Notes: generated by a model from the sequence alone, not told the origin. Counted from the first letter of the stretch, positions 1-7,715 are shown. The stretch: DNA of 29,705 bases from a virus (IMGVR_UViG_3300047409_000115:1-29705), one strand, 5' to 3'. Translations and numbers: made by a program.

Positions 1-2
1 CC

Positions 3-395
3 TTCGCGCGGAACTACTTCACGCGGGTCAACTACGTTGACGTCTTCGGACGCAACATCGGCTTCGACTACGAACACATCCTCGCCGCCATCCGCGCGAC
101 ATTCCCGAACGCGAAGACATCGAAGCGCTGGCTCCGCATGATGGCTTACGAACTCAACGGGGTCGTGCCAATGCCGGCGCGTCGCCGATCTCGCCGGGCG
201 CTCGCCGAGGAGTTCGCTATGTCGCTCCTCGTGCGCCGAGTTCGTGGCAGCGACACGCGGGGCATGCGGTTCGATCACATCGTGAGGATCGTACGTGAGA
301 AATTTCCCGATCAAATTTTGAAGGCGTCGGACTTCCGACGTCTTGAGAGCCGGCTGCGCGGGCTCGGATTCTACGTGCCCGAGCGCGTCCGATGA
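3..395 (+). CDS. Hypothetical protein, 5'-truncated, with two tandem similar helical domains (possibly DNA-binding)
   Basis: The frame of the 138..395 ORF is open from nt 3. Internal repeat GFDYEHILAAIRATFP...MPARRR vs GMRFDHIVRIVREKFP...VPERVR. ATGA overlap with the next ORF. Confidence 0.6.
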   Translation, partial: FARNYFTRVNYVDVFGRNIGFDYEHILAAIRATFPNAKTSKRWLRMMAYELNGVVPMPARRRSRRALAEEFAMSLLVRRVRGSDTRGMRFDHIVRIVREKFPDQILKASDFRRLESRLRGLGFYVPERVR

Positions 396-700
396 GCCGG
401 TACACGGACTACAACCGATCTCCCAAGGGTCAAGAGCGGAATCGGGTCTACCGTCGATCGCCTAAGTATCTAGACCGAAAGCGTGCCTACCAACATTCGC
501 CCAAAGGCCGGGCTACTGACCGAGATTATAGAAGGGAACTCCGATGCCGAAAACAAAATCAGATGCCGAGCGCCTCTCCGATGCAAACGACATCATCCGA
601 AGCAAGCAGGCACAAATCATCCAGCTCAACAAAGAGCTGCGATCCCGCACGCAAGCGAACGACACGGCGGAAAGCCTCCGCAAAGAAATCTTCGGACTGA
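392..700 (+). CDS. Basic hypothetical protein with Y-x-x-SPK repeats
   Basis: ATGA coupling to the upstream gene. YNRSPKG, YRRSPKY and YQHSPKG at 14-aa spacing. Its 3' half overlaps the next gene in another frame. Confidence 0.45.
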   Translation: MSRYTDYNRSPKGQERNRVYRRSPKYLDRKRAYQHSPKGRATDRDYRRELRCRKQNQMPSASPMQTTSSEASRHKSSSSTKSCDPARKRTTRRKASAKKSSD

Positions 701-1677
701 GCGCGTACACGTGCGAGCCGCCGACGTGGCTCAACGCGCTCCCGAAGCCCGGCAAGCACATGCAGGAGGTGCCGCTCGTCGTCGCGAGTGATTGGCACTA
801 TGGCGAGACGGTTGATCCTGATCAGGTCGGCGGGATGAACGCCTTCAACCGCGCAATCGCCAAGAAGCGGATCAAGCTGCTCGGCAGCACAATCATCGAT
901 CTCTGCTTCAACCATACGACGAACCCGACCTATCCGGGCATCGTGCTCTGTCTCGGTGGCGACATGATCACTGGAGCAATCCACGAAGACCTTCGCGAGA
1001 CCAACGACGGCCCGGTGACGCTGTCGGTGATGGAGGTGCAGGAACAAATCATCGGCCTGATCAATCTCCTTGCCGACAAGTTCGGCAAGGTGTTCGTGCC
1101 GTGCGTTCCCGGCAATCACGGCCGTACCACGATCAAGCCGCGCGCCAAGAACCGCGTATTCGATTCGTGGGAGTGGGTCATCTATCAGAACATCGAAAAG
1201 TGGTTCTCCAACGATCCACGCGTCACGGTCCACGTGCCCAACGAGGTCGACGCGCACTTCTCTATCTGGGATCATCGCTTCATGCTCACGCACGGCGACA
1301 CGCTCGGTGTGAAGGGCGGCGACGGCATCATCGGGGCGCTCGGTCCGATCGCACGCGGTGCTATCAAGGTTGGCCGGTCGGAAGCGCAATGCGGACGCGA
1401 CTTCGACACGCTCATCATCGGGCACTATCACACGTACATTCCGCGCGGTGACGCAGTGCCCGTCCTCTGCAACGGCTCGCTGATTGGCTATAACGAATAC
1501 GCGCGGCTCGTGCTGCGTGCCGGACCGGCCGCGCCAAAGCAGGCGTTGGCTTTCGTGCATCCGAAGTGGGGCATCACTGTTCAGCGTGGAATCGATCTTG
1601 GTGCGGGCGAGCGCGTCGCCAAGGGCTCTTCGGCATGGTGCGCTTGGGACACGAATAAACCAAAACTCGTTGTCTGA
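544..1677 (+). CDS. Calcineurin-like metallophosphoesterase with N-terminal coiled coil
   Basis: All five motifs present: SDWHYG, GGDM, GNHG, THGD, GHYH. RBS-like GAAGGG upstream. Confidence 0.85.
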   Translation: MPKTKSDAERLSDANDIIRSKQAQIIQLNKELRSRTQANDTAESLRKEIFGLSAYTCEPPTWLNALPKPGKHMQEVPLVVASDWHYGETVDPDQVGGMNAFNRAIAKKRIKLLGSTIIDLCFNHTTNPTYPGIVLCLGGDMITGAIHEDLRETNDGPVTLSVMEVQEQIIGLINLLADKFGKVFVPCVPGNHGRTTIKPRAKNRVFDSWEWVIYQNIEKWFSNDPRVTVHVPNEVDAHFSIWDHRFMLTHGDTLGVKGGDGIIGALGPIARGAIKVGRSEAQCGRDFDTLIIGHYHTYIPRGDAVPVLCNGSLIGYNEYARLVLRAGPAAPKQALAFVHPKWGITVQRGIDLGAGERVAKGSSAWCAWDTNKPKLVV

Positions 1678-1687
1678 AAAATTCCGC

Positions 1688-1716
1688 TTGACGATTGTCG
1701 AGGCCCGGGCTAACAC
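1688..1716 (+). promoter_or_regulatory. Sigma70-type promoter embedded in an inverted repeat
   Basis: TTGACG (1688-1693), 17 nt, TAACAC (1711-1716) preceded by GC. Intergenic, upstream of a GGAG RBS. Confidence 0.55.
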
Positions 1717-1749
1717 GCTCGGGCCTTCAACAATTGTGGAGCTACCCAA

Positions 1750-2130
1750 ATGAAACGTATTCTTGCCGTCCTCATCTCCGGGGCGGCCCTTGTCGGGCTC
1801 GGAGCTTGCTCCAATGACGCTCAGATCGCCTCGCGCAATTTGTCCCAGATGGCCGATAACTTCGGTATCAATCGGCGGATCGTGTTTGTGAACACTCTCA
1901 CGGACAGCTACCTCCTCGTGGTCGAGGGGCTTTGCTCCCAAGAGCGAGATGGCCGCCAGCTCGCGGTCACGTGCAAGGTCGGTGACAACGAGTTCAAGAA
2001 GCACTTCCTCGGGCTCAGCGACAACGTCACCTATGTGTCTGAGCAGTTGGAGCCGGCGCGGGCTGGAACGTATCACTACAAGGTGACGTTCAAACCATCT
2101 GCCGTCATTCCGTCCATCGATGTTCGATAG
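1750..2130 (+). CDS. Phage lipoprotein (conserved beta-sandwich type)
   Basis: Signal peptide with lipobox LGAC. ASRNLSQMADNF.INRRIVF.N and FKKHFLGLSDNVTY motifs typical of a widespread phage lipoprotein family. GGAG RBS. Confidence 0.8.
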   Translation: MKRILAVLISGAALVGLGACSNDAQIASRNLSQMADNFGINRRIVFVNTLTDSYLLVVEGLCSQERDGRQLAVTCKVGDNEFKKHFLGLSDNVTYVSEQLEPARAGTYHYKVTFKPSAVIPSIDVR

Positions 2131-2139
2131 AACGCCTGT

Positions 2140-2236
2140 CCTCGGCATAAAGAGGGGCGGGCCGAAGGCCCGGATGTGAAGCTACCACGTTGGCGCGGGC
2201 TAGTAGTCAAGAACCGCGCCCCTCTTTATGCCGAGG
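2140..2236 (+). ncRNA. Structured RNA unit 1 of 3 (perfect 20-bp closing stem)
   Basis: CCTCGGCATAAAGAGGGGCG (2140-2159) is the exact reverse complement of 2217-2236. Internal GGCC-GAA-GGCC hairpin. Confidence 0.6.
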
Positions 2237-2239
2237 CAC

Positions 2240-2361
2240 CGCTGCTTTACGAGGATGCATTTCTGGCAAGGCTGGACTATGCGAGGTTAGCCAAGCACTT
2301 TTCGCAGAGTGCACCCGCGCCGATCACGCGGGAGGCGGGGGTGCATCCGCGTAAAGCAGCG
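2240..2361 (+). ncRNA. Structured RNA unit 2 of 3 (21-25-bp closing stem, four-way junction)
   Basis: 2240-2260 pairs with 2341-2361 (one mismatch, one U-G). Inner hairpins 2270-2292, 2295-2312 and 2314-2332. Confidence 0.6.
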
Positions 2362-2364
2362 TTC

Positions 2365-2559
2365 GCTCTCTTTTGGGGCGCATGAGGGGCAAGGTCCACG
2401 GTGAAGCGCAGTGTCGAGTGACGCGTCTATGGCACTGTATCTGCCGGGAGCCCATAGGTGGGACAAACCCCGCCGCCGGGTCAATGGACAGCAGCCGAGG
2501 CTCGTGATTGATCACACGAGAGGCCGGGGTCGTAACCGGCATGCGTCACAAAAGAGAGC
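2365..2559 (+). ncRNA. Structured RNA unit 3 of 3 (20-bp closing stem, multibranch)
   Basis: 2365-2384 pairs with 2540-2559 (one mismatch, one G-U). Inner stems GTCCA/TGGAC, CAGTGTC/GGCACTG, GGTGGG/CCCGCC and CTCGTG/CACGAG. Confidence 0.6.
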
Positions 2560-2577
2560 TGAGAAAGGGAAGCCGTC

Positions 2578-3027
2578 ATGGAAGTTCGCGAGCCGAAGTA
2601 TTCCGAGATCGCCGCGTGCGCCAGCCTCGTCCATGAGAACTGGGGCAGGAAAGCTGCCGAGCGCTGCGAAGCTCAGATGATTGAGTATTTCCGGGGCGGA
2701 AAGTACGCCCCCACATTCGTAGTCGCGGACAACGGGTTCGGGGTCGTCGTCGGCTTCGCGGCGTTCGCTCCGACGATGCTCATGACTGACCTCTATGATC
2801 TGATCTGGCTCGTCGTGGAGAAGGGCTATCAGAAGCACGGTGTCGGTCGAATACTCACCGAGTGGCGCCTCTCCGGGATCAAGCGCCTCGGTGGCGCCGC
2901 CGTTCAGCTCGTGACGCAAAAGCCGGACTACTTCGCTCGGTGGTTCGGGTTCGCCCCGCTTGCCCCGCTTGGCAATGGCTGGACGCTGATGCTCAAGCGT
3001 CTCAAGAACGTGGAGATGGGTCGGTGA
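2578..3027 (+). CDS. GNAT family N-acetyltransferase
   Basis: Acetyl-CoA motif A LVVEKGYQKHGVGRIL, VVGFAAF strand, C-terminal YFARWFGF. Confidence 0.85.
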   Translation: MEVREPKYSEIAACASLVHENWGRKAAERCEAQMIEYFRGGKYAPTFVVADNGFGVVVGFAAFAPTMLMTDLYDLIWLVVEKGYQKHGVGRILTEWRLSGIKRLGGAAVQLVTQKPDYFARWFGFAPLAPLGNGWTLMLKRLKNVEMGR

Positions 3028-3284
3028 TCCGGCGCTGGTATAGCGGGAGCAGGGACGCATTCCGGTGGGACTTGGAGATCGAGGACCACGTTGAGCAACA
3101 CGCAACGATGGGCGGCGTGCAATCCGTGATGGTTGCCCCCACCGAGGTCCGCTTTACTCTTCACGATATCACCAAGCCCGAGGCCGAGGCTGTGATCGCG
3201 ATCGTCAATCAGATGCGCGGGCGCGTGCCGGAGCCGGCCGCGCTTCCCTCAGGTGGCCGCTTTGCCAACCTAGACTTCGAATAG
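3024..3284 (+). CDS. Hypothetical protein (start reassigned to GTG 3024)
   Basis: GTGA overlap with the GNAT stop and GGAG upstream. Same frame as the 2862..3284 ORF. Confidence 0.6.
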   Translation: MIRRWYSGSRDAFRWDLEIEDHVEQHATMGGVQSVMVAPTEVRFTLHDITKPEAEAVIAIVNQMRGRVPEPAALPSGGRFANLDFE

Positions 3285-3292
3285 GAGCTGCG

Positions 3293-3508
3293 ATGTCCCA
3301 AATCAAAATCGTGCCCAAGACCGATCCGAATGCAGACGGGGAATGGATCGAGGTTCCGGCTGACCTCTCGGTGTATCGCCGCTGGCGGCACATGGCTGAA
3401 GAGGTCGAGCCCCACATCCCGCCGGGCTACTTCGTTGTTCAGATTGGTAGCCGGCCGCCCGAGGCCCGCCTCCGCTCGATCTCTGACATTCTCAAAGGAA
3501 AAGCGTGA
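3293..3508 (+). CDS. Hypothetical protein
   Basis: AGGAG RBS. Tiles between neighbouring genes. Confidence 0.65.
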   Translation: MSQIKIVPKTDPNADGEWIEVPADLSVYRRWRHMAEEVEPHIPPGYFVVQIGSRPPEARLRSISDILKGKA

Positions 3509-3618
3509 TGACCGAAACCGAGTTCAATGAGAAACCATACGCGTTCCCGCTGATGCTCGGCATGCTCGCCGCAGTGCTGGCGGCTCCCTTCCTCTTCGTT
3601 CTCCTCGCAACAGCCTGA
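3508..3618 (+). CDS. Small 36-aa membrane protein (not in ORF track)
   Basis: TGATG overlap, AAGGA RBS. MTETEFNEKPYAFPLMLGMLAAVLAAPFLFVLLATA has one hydrophobic helix. Confidence 0.6.
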   Translation: MTETEFNEKPYAFPLMLGMLAAVLAAPFLFVLLATA

Positions 3619-3629
3619 AAGGCAAAACC

Positions 3630-4067
3630 ATGACTACCTTCAAGTCCGGCTTCGCTCTCGTTGACGTCACGACCGGCCGCGCAAAGCTCGCGCGGCTGTG
3701 CGCAACCGATCACATCGTCCCTGTCACGATCAAGGGGTATATCCAGCCCGGCAAGGGTGGTGTCGGGAAGGACGACGGCACGAGCCGCGAGTTCGCCATG
3801 ACCGTGGAGAGCGCGGAGTTCGGCGAGCCCGAGCAAGTCCCGTGCAACAAGCAGGGGCGTATCTACGCCAAGCTCGGCGACCTCAAGGCGGGTGATACGG
3901 TAGAACTTGACGGCGACTTCACGTGCAGCCCGAAGAAACGCCAGAAGGTTCGCAAGGACGCGGAGGGCGATCTATACATCCGATGCTCCTCCGGGAAACA
4001 TTTTCTCACTGGACAACGCAACTTCGACAGCCCCACTGATTATTTGATCGGTGTCTTCAAGGTCTAA
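3630..4067 (+). CDS. Hypothetical protein
   Basis: GAAAGG RBS, GC3-biased codons, tiles with neighbours. Confidence 0.7.
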   Translation: MTTFKSGFALVDVTTGRAKLARLCATDHIVPVTIKGYIQPGKGGVGKDDGTSREFAMTVESAEFGEPEQVPCNKQGRIYAKLGDLKAGDTVELDGDFTCSPKKRQKVRKDAEGDLYIRCSSGKHFLTGQRNFDSPTDYLIGVFKV

Positions 4068-4216
4068 CCGAGACCGCACCGCGCCTTCGCAGCCCCCGGG
4101 CGGCCGTGCGTTAAACCGGCCGGGGCGGTAGGTCAGGAGCCGGGCGCCGGAAGGCCGCTCAGCGGGCTCCCCAGAGGCTCCGGGAACCTCCTGTTTACCA
4201 TATCGTACGGGAGGAC

Positions 4217-4246
4217 TTGACCGTGGTCGCGGTCGTACGCTACAGC
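4217..4246 (+). promoter_or_regulatory. Sigma70-type promoter upstream of the tRNA-like RNA
   Basis: TTGACC, 18 nt, TACAGC (GCTA extended). Same style as the 1688 promoter. Confidence 0.45.
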
Positions 4247-4254
4247 TCGGGACA

Positions 4255-4399
4255 GGGATCGACGGCCTTCCCCGCTCGCGGGGTGACAAGGGTCGCGCGG
4301 AGGCCGCAAGCCGAAACGCGATCTGGTCTGACGGTGACAGCCTTCCGGAGCGCGCTCCGGGTGCAGGGGCTAGGGGGTTCGACACCCTCCGATCTCACC
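4255..4399 (+). ncRNA. tRNA-like RNA (acceptor stem plus T-arm, non-canonical body, 145 nt)
   Basis: GGGATCG (4255-4261) pairs with CGATCTC (4390-4396), followed by A-CC. T-arm GGGGG-TTCGACA-CCCTC (4373-4389) directly abuts the acceptor strand. Confidence 0.65.
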
Positions 4400-4421
4400 T
4401 CATTCAACCTCGGAGCTACCC

Positions 4422-5033
4422 ATGTACGCCCGCCGCACCCTCTCTGCTTCAGACGTCGCCGCCTATGCCGGGTTCTGGAGCTGGTTTCAGCCGAGCCACG
4501 AGGCCCGGCTCGCCGCCATCACATCCCGCGCGATGACCTATGACGACCAATGCGCGATCGACAGCGAGATTTACGCTCGCAAGCGGGTCGCCGCGATCGA
4601 GGCCTTCGACACCACGCCGGAGATCAAGGCCCACATGCTGGCCAACGCCCGCGTGCGTGGGTCGCAGAACCCGGAGCGGGTCGACTACACCGCGTTTCTG
4701 GCCGGCGCGCTGGCGAAGTCCCGGAGCCCGTTTGGCAAGGCTCTAGAGCCCTACAAGCCGGAGCCGGGCGCGTCGGGGATCAAGCTGAAGCCCGCCGAAG
4801 GCGTGCGGCTCAGCTACACGCAGGAGAGCTACAGCGACAACAGCTCAGTTGCGGTCCCGTTCGAAGTCATCCCGGGCAAGCCCGCCGACTTCGAAGCGTT
4901 CACCCGCAATGTGTCCGCGCTCGTGCGCCGGGCCGATAGCCACAACGGCATGGCCGGCTCGGGCTGCAACTACTCGGTGAGCCTGTACGGTGGTTTCGTG
5001 GTGATCCACTGCCGTGCGTCGATCGCGGACTAG
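4422..5033 (+). CDS. Hypothetical protein
   Basis: GGAG RBS and strong GC3 bias. Last + strand gene, converging on the lysis cassette. Confidence 0.75.
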   Translation: MYARRTLSASDVAAYAGFWSWFQPSHEARLAAITSRAMTYDDQCAIDSEIYARKRVAAIEAFDTTPEIKAHMLANARVRGSQNPERVDYTAFLAGALAKSRSPFGKALEPYKPEPGASGIKLKPAEGVRLSYTQESYSDNSSVAVPFEVIPGKPADFEAFTRNVSALVRRADSHNGMAGSGCNYSVSLYGGFVVIHCRASIAD

Positions 5034-5230
5034 CAGCGCCAGCTAAAGGCGAGGAAGTGACACCGGGGCCGAGGCCTCGGTGCTGGCACGGGGACCGGGA
5101 TCGGATCGGGTTTCACGATGACCACGATCGGGGTCGGCGGAGGGTCCGGCTCACGGAAAATATTGTATGAGCCCCACGATGCAGCGGCGAGCAATGCCGC
5201 CCCGCTGACGACGTTCAAAATGCATTTCAT
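5030..5230 (-). CDS. Membrane-anchored proline-rich protein (lysis accessory?); start uncertain
   Basis: N-terminal hydrophobic segment, then PDPPPTP...PIPVPVPAPRPRPR. End of the lysis operon. Confidence 0.5.
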   Translation of the reverse strand: MKCILNVVSGAALLAAASWGSYNIFREPDPPPTPIVVIVKPDPIPVPVPAPRPRPRCHFLAFSWRC

Positions 5231-5259
5231 GACCGGGTTGCTGAGATCGAATAGGCGCC

Positions 5260-5481
5260 TCAGCCTTTCCCAAGTAGTTTGATCAGGAGATTTGAAGCCC
5301 ATCCGACGATTCCTCCGATGATGATAAGGATCGCGGTAGCACCCTTCCATCGATTGGTCATGGCCACGACCTCATCGAGCTTTTTCTCCATCACCTCCTG
5401 CCGGTCCAGCAAATGCTTGACGTCAATGCAGAGGCCACCGAGCAGCCGTTGGGTTTCCGCGTCTGAGGACATAGCTTTCAC
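5260..5481 (-). CDS. Small coiled-coil protein with C-terminal TM (holin/antiholin-like)
   Basis: Heptad segment then ILIIIGGIVGWA. Overlaps the upstream stop. Confidence 0.65.
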   Translation of the reverse strand: MKAMSSDAETQRLLGGLCIDVKHLLDRQEVMEKKLDEVVAMTNRWKGATAILIIIGGIVGWASNLLIKLLGKG

Positions 5482-5936
5482 CGTGCCTTAAAGGCGCGCG
5501 AGACGCCGATGCTGATCTCGGTCAAGAAATAGAATCCGAGCACTATGGAAACGACTTGCCACAAATTGGCGTCGAGTGGGTCGGTCACGAAAATTCCACA
5601 CGTCCCTTTCGGAGCGTTGGAGCAGCCGGCGAATGAGCCGATGACCTTGTCCCAGAGGAAAATCTTGAGCAGCACGGCGGCCGGGCCAGTGGCGATCACT
5701 GAGCGCATGATCAGATTCAGCCGCGAGCCAGAGGCAGCTTCCGCAACCATTGTATCCCGCCGGGCCTGCAACGTGAATACGCGCTCGTCCGCTGCGATCT
5801 TCTCCTCCTGCGTGGTCGCCTTGATCTGGGCGATCTTCGCGTCGGAGAGCGCCTTGGTGACGCCGTTGATGGTTCCGAACATTCCGGTGATGAGGCCCGG
5901 GATAGCCATGATCGCGGAGAAGATACCCATGATCAA
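5478..5936 (-). CDS. Putative holin (3-TM, GTA-holin-like)
   Basis: Three hydrophobic segments, WDKV and LWQVVSIVLGFYF motifs. Downstream of the endolysin. Confidence 0.65.
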   Translation of the reverse strand: MIMGIFSAIMAIPGLITGMFGTINGVTKALSDAKIAQIKATTQEEKIAADERVFTLQARRDTMVAEAASGSRLNLIMRSVIATGPAAVLLKIFLWDKVIGSFAGCSNAPKGTCGIFVTDPLDANLWQVVSIVLGFYFLTEISIGVSRAFKAR

Positions 5937-6475
5937 GCGTCCTTCTTTTCCGGGAGATTCGTCAGCGGTGAAACTGGCACCGGAGCCTGAACCGGCGCCG
6001 CGTCCACTGTCGCTTGGACAACTGCCGGCGAGATGCCGGGGGCCGGAGCCGCGAGGCGATAGCCGGCATTGAGCAATGCCTCGGCATTGGCCTTAGCCTG
6101 CTTGTCGGCGATGTTGCGGAAATACTGGATGAGGCCCAACACAGCCATCGTCAGGAGCGGCCATACGTAGGTCGGAACCTGCGGCAAGAGCTGAGACGGG
6201 TCGACGCCTGCCTGCGTCACCAACGGCGCGAGCTGATCATGCATCAGCACTAGCGCGCTCGCGCCGGAGATGACGAGGGTCACGATCTTCTGCTTCAGGC
6301 CCGAGAACTTCGAGCTGATGGCTGAGTAGGCGCTGCCTTCGAGGTTGTAAAGCTCCCTGATGCCGGGCGTCTGCTTGAGCATCGGCCGGAGGCCGAAGAC
6401 ATAGAGACAGCCGACAGTGAAAACGATCAGCGCAGGGAACAGATACGTCGAAATGAGAGCGTGAACGTCAGTCAT
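5933..6475 (-). CDS. Multi-pass membrane protein in the lysis cassette
   Basis: Three hydrophobic helices and a Pro/Ala-rich tail. GAGG RBS. Confidence 0.7.
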   Translation of the reverse strand: MTDVHALISTYLFPALIVFTVGCLYVFGLRPMLKQTPGIRELYNLEGSAYSAISSKFSGLKQKIVTLVISGASALVLMHDQLAPLVTQAGVDPSQLLPQVPTYVWPLLTMAVLGLIQYFRNIADKQAKANAEALLNAGYRLAAPAPGISPAVVQATVDAAPVQAPVPVSPLTNLPEKKDA

Positions 6476-6491
6476 GATGGATCACCTCTTT

Positions 6492-7307
6492 TTAGGCAGC
6501 GGCCGGGAGAACGACAGTCGCGTTCGCCATGGCAGCCATTTGCTTGTGATGGACCACGTAGGCGATACCGCCGACGATGACGAAGCCCGCGAGACAGGCC
6601 GCCAACTCCCACGGAACGCCCGCGAGGGGCGAAGAGCCCGAAGCCGCGCCGCCCACGACGACCTTCTTGATCGTCTTCGTGGTGACCTCCGGGTCGCCAT
6701 GTTGCGCCTTCGGAATCGACGTCGTGGTCAGGTCCGGCGCGATCGGGTTCGCGACAGTGCCGGGCGCTGCGGCGAGGTGCAGAGCATAGGCCTTGAGATC
6801 GGCGACGCGAGCGCCCCAGCCTCCACCGAACTCCGCCCACGCGGAGCCGCCTCGGATGCCGTGCATGAAGTGCAGCCGTTCGGCGCACATGTTCTCGATA
6901 AACTTGTTCGGGCTGGTCTTCTTGAGCGCGTCCAGAAGAGCCGTATCCATGCGCGGCCCTGCGGGTAGGCCGAGGATTGCACGAGCAACACGGATCGGCC
7001 GGCCGATGCCGGAGTTGACGCCATAGTCGAACATGACGACGTCAACGCCAGCGGGTAGGTCGTTGTAGCGAATCGCATTCGCGTATTTGGTCTTGTAAAT
7101 CTGTTCGGCCGTCTCCAGCGTCATAGCCTTGACGATGGGAGCCCACCGCTCCATGCTGTCCATCTTCTGCCCGAGATGCTCAGCGAGGTCCCCGCACGTG
7201 ATTCCGTACTTGGTCGGGCCGCCCGGGTCCTTTCGGTTCCAGCCGTATCCGCCTTCGTACTTTCCGATCATGCGCTCAGCGAACGCGGCATAGGTGGTGA
7301 TTGCCAT
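6492..7307 (-). CDS. Endolysin, glycoside hydrolase family 108 with peptidoglycan-binding domain and C-terminal TM
   Basis: EGGY...DPGGPTKYGIT and FDYGVNSG motifs, FGGGWGARV binding-domain motif. GGAGG RBS. Confidence 0.9.
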   Translation of the reverse strand: MAITTYAAFAERMIGKYEGGYGWNRKDPGGPTKYGITCGDLAEHLGQKMDSMERWAPIVKAMTLETAEQIYKTKYANAIRYNDLPAGVDVVMFDYGVNSGIGRPIRVARAILGLPAGPRMDTALLDALKKTSPNKFIENMCAERLHFMHGIRGGSAWAEFGGGWGARVADLKAYALHLAAAPGTVANPIAPDLTTTSIPKAQHGDPEVTTKTIKKVVVGGAASGSSPLAGVPWELAACLAGFVIVGGIAYVVHHKQMAAMANATVVLPAAA

Positions 7308-7334
7308 TGGGGACGACCTCCGGAAAGCAAAAGA

Positions 7335-7715
7335 TCAGGTGGTGGGCGTGAGAGCGAGCGGCTCAGCGGGAGCCGGCGACGCGGTCTTCTCGACAGTGAC
7401 GATGGGAGCCCGCAACTGCACATCGGCCGAAGGATAGACAGGCTGAGGCGCGGCGGGGAGTGGTTTCAGCGGCGTGCCGGCGGGAGCTGGCGCCTTCACC
7501 GGAACAGCGCCGGGGAGCTTCGAGAGGACTTCCTCTTCGGCGGCTTTCAGCTTGGCGCGTACGTCATTCTCCGACGCTTTGAGCGCGGCGCGAGCGCGCG
7601 ACGGGATGCCGGAGATGACATCCTTGACCTTTTGAGCGGTGAGGACACCCGCGACGTAGGCCGCGACAAGCCCGATCAGGATGAGATTGAAGTCCGTCAG
7701 GTAATTTGAGAACAT
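7335..7715 (-). CDS. Protein with N-terminal TM, coiled coil and Pro/Ala-rich tail (spanin-like candidate)
   Basis: LILIGLVAAYVAGVL, then a helical segment and PAPA-rich tail. First gene after the lysis promoter. Confidence 0.6.
   Translation of the reverse strand: MFSNYLTDFNLILIGLVAAYVAGVLTAQKVKDVISGIPSRARAALKASENDVRAKLKAAEEEVLSKLPGAVPVKAPAPAGTPLKPLPAAPQPVYPSADVQLRAPIVTVEKTASPAPAEPLALTPTT

Noticed and set aside
559-2148. 529-aa minus-strand ORF and many other long antisense or alternate-frame ORFs
   Set aside because: Shadows of GC3-biased real genes on the opposite strand, with no motifs or RBS.
2388-2500. SRP-RNA helix-8-like GGC-AAGG-UCC...AGCAGCC
   Set aside because: No GNRA-capped short helix, ~85 nt inserted, and CAGG not conserved. 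Likely coincidental.
2176-2680. ORFs 2176..2385 and 2411..2680, and an apparent repeated peptide ITREAGV
   Set aside because: No convincing RBS. Two of the apparently synonymous differences are compensatory changes in a hairpin stem, so RNA structure explains the repeat better.
4296-4334. Hammerhead-like GA-GGC-loop-GCC-GAAAC
   Set aside because: No CUGANGA core in the required position.
4255-4399. Standard tRNA, tRNA-Sec or tmRNA
   Set aside because: No D arm or 7-nt anticodon loop, no G3-U70, and too short for tmRNA.
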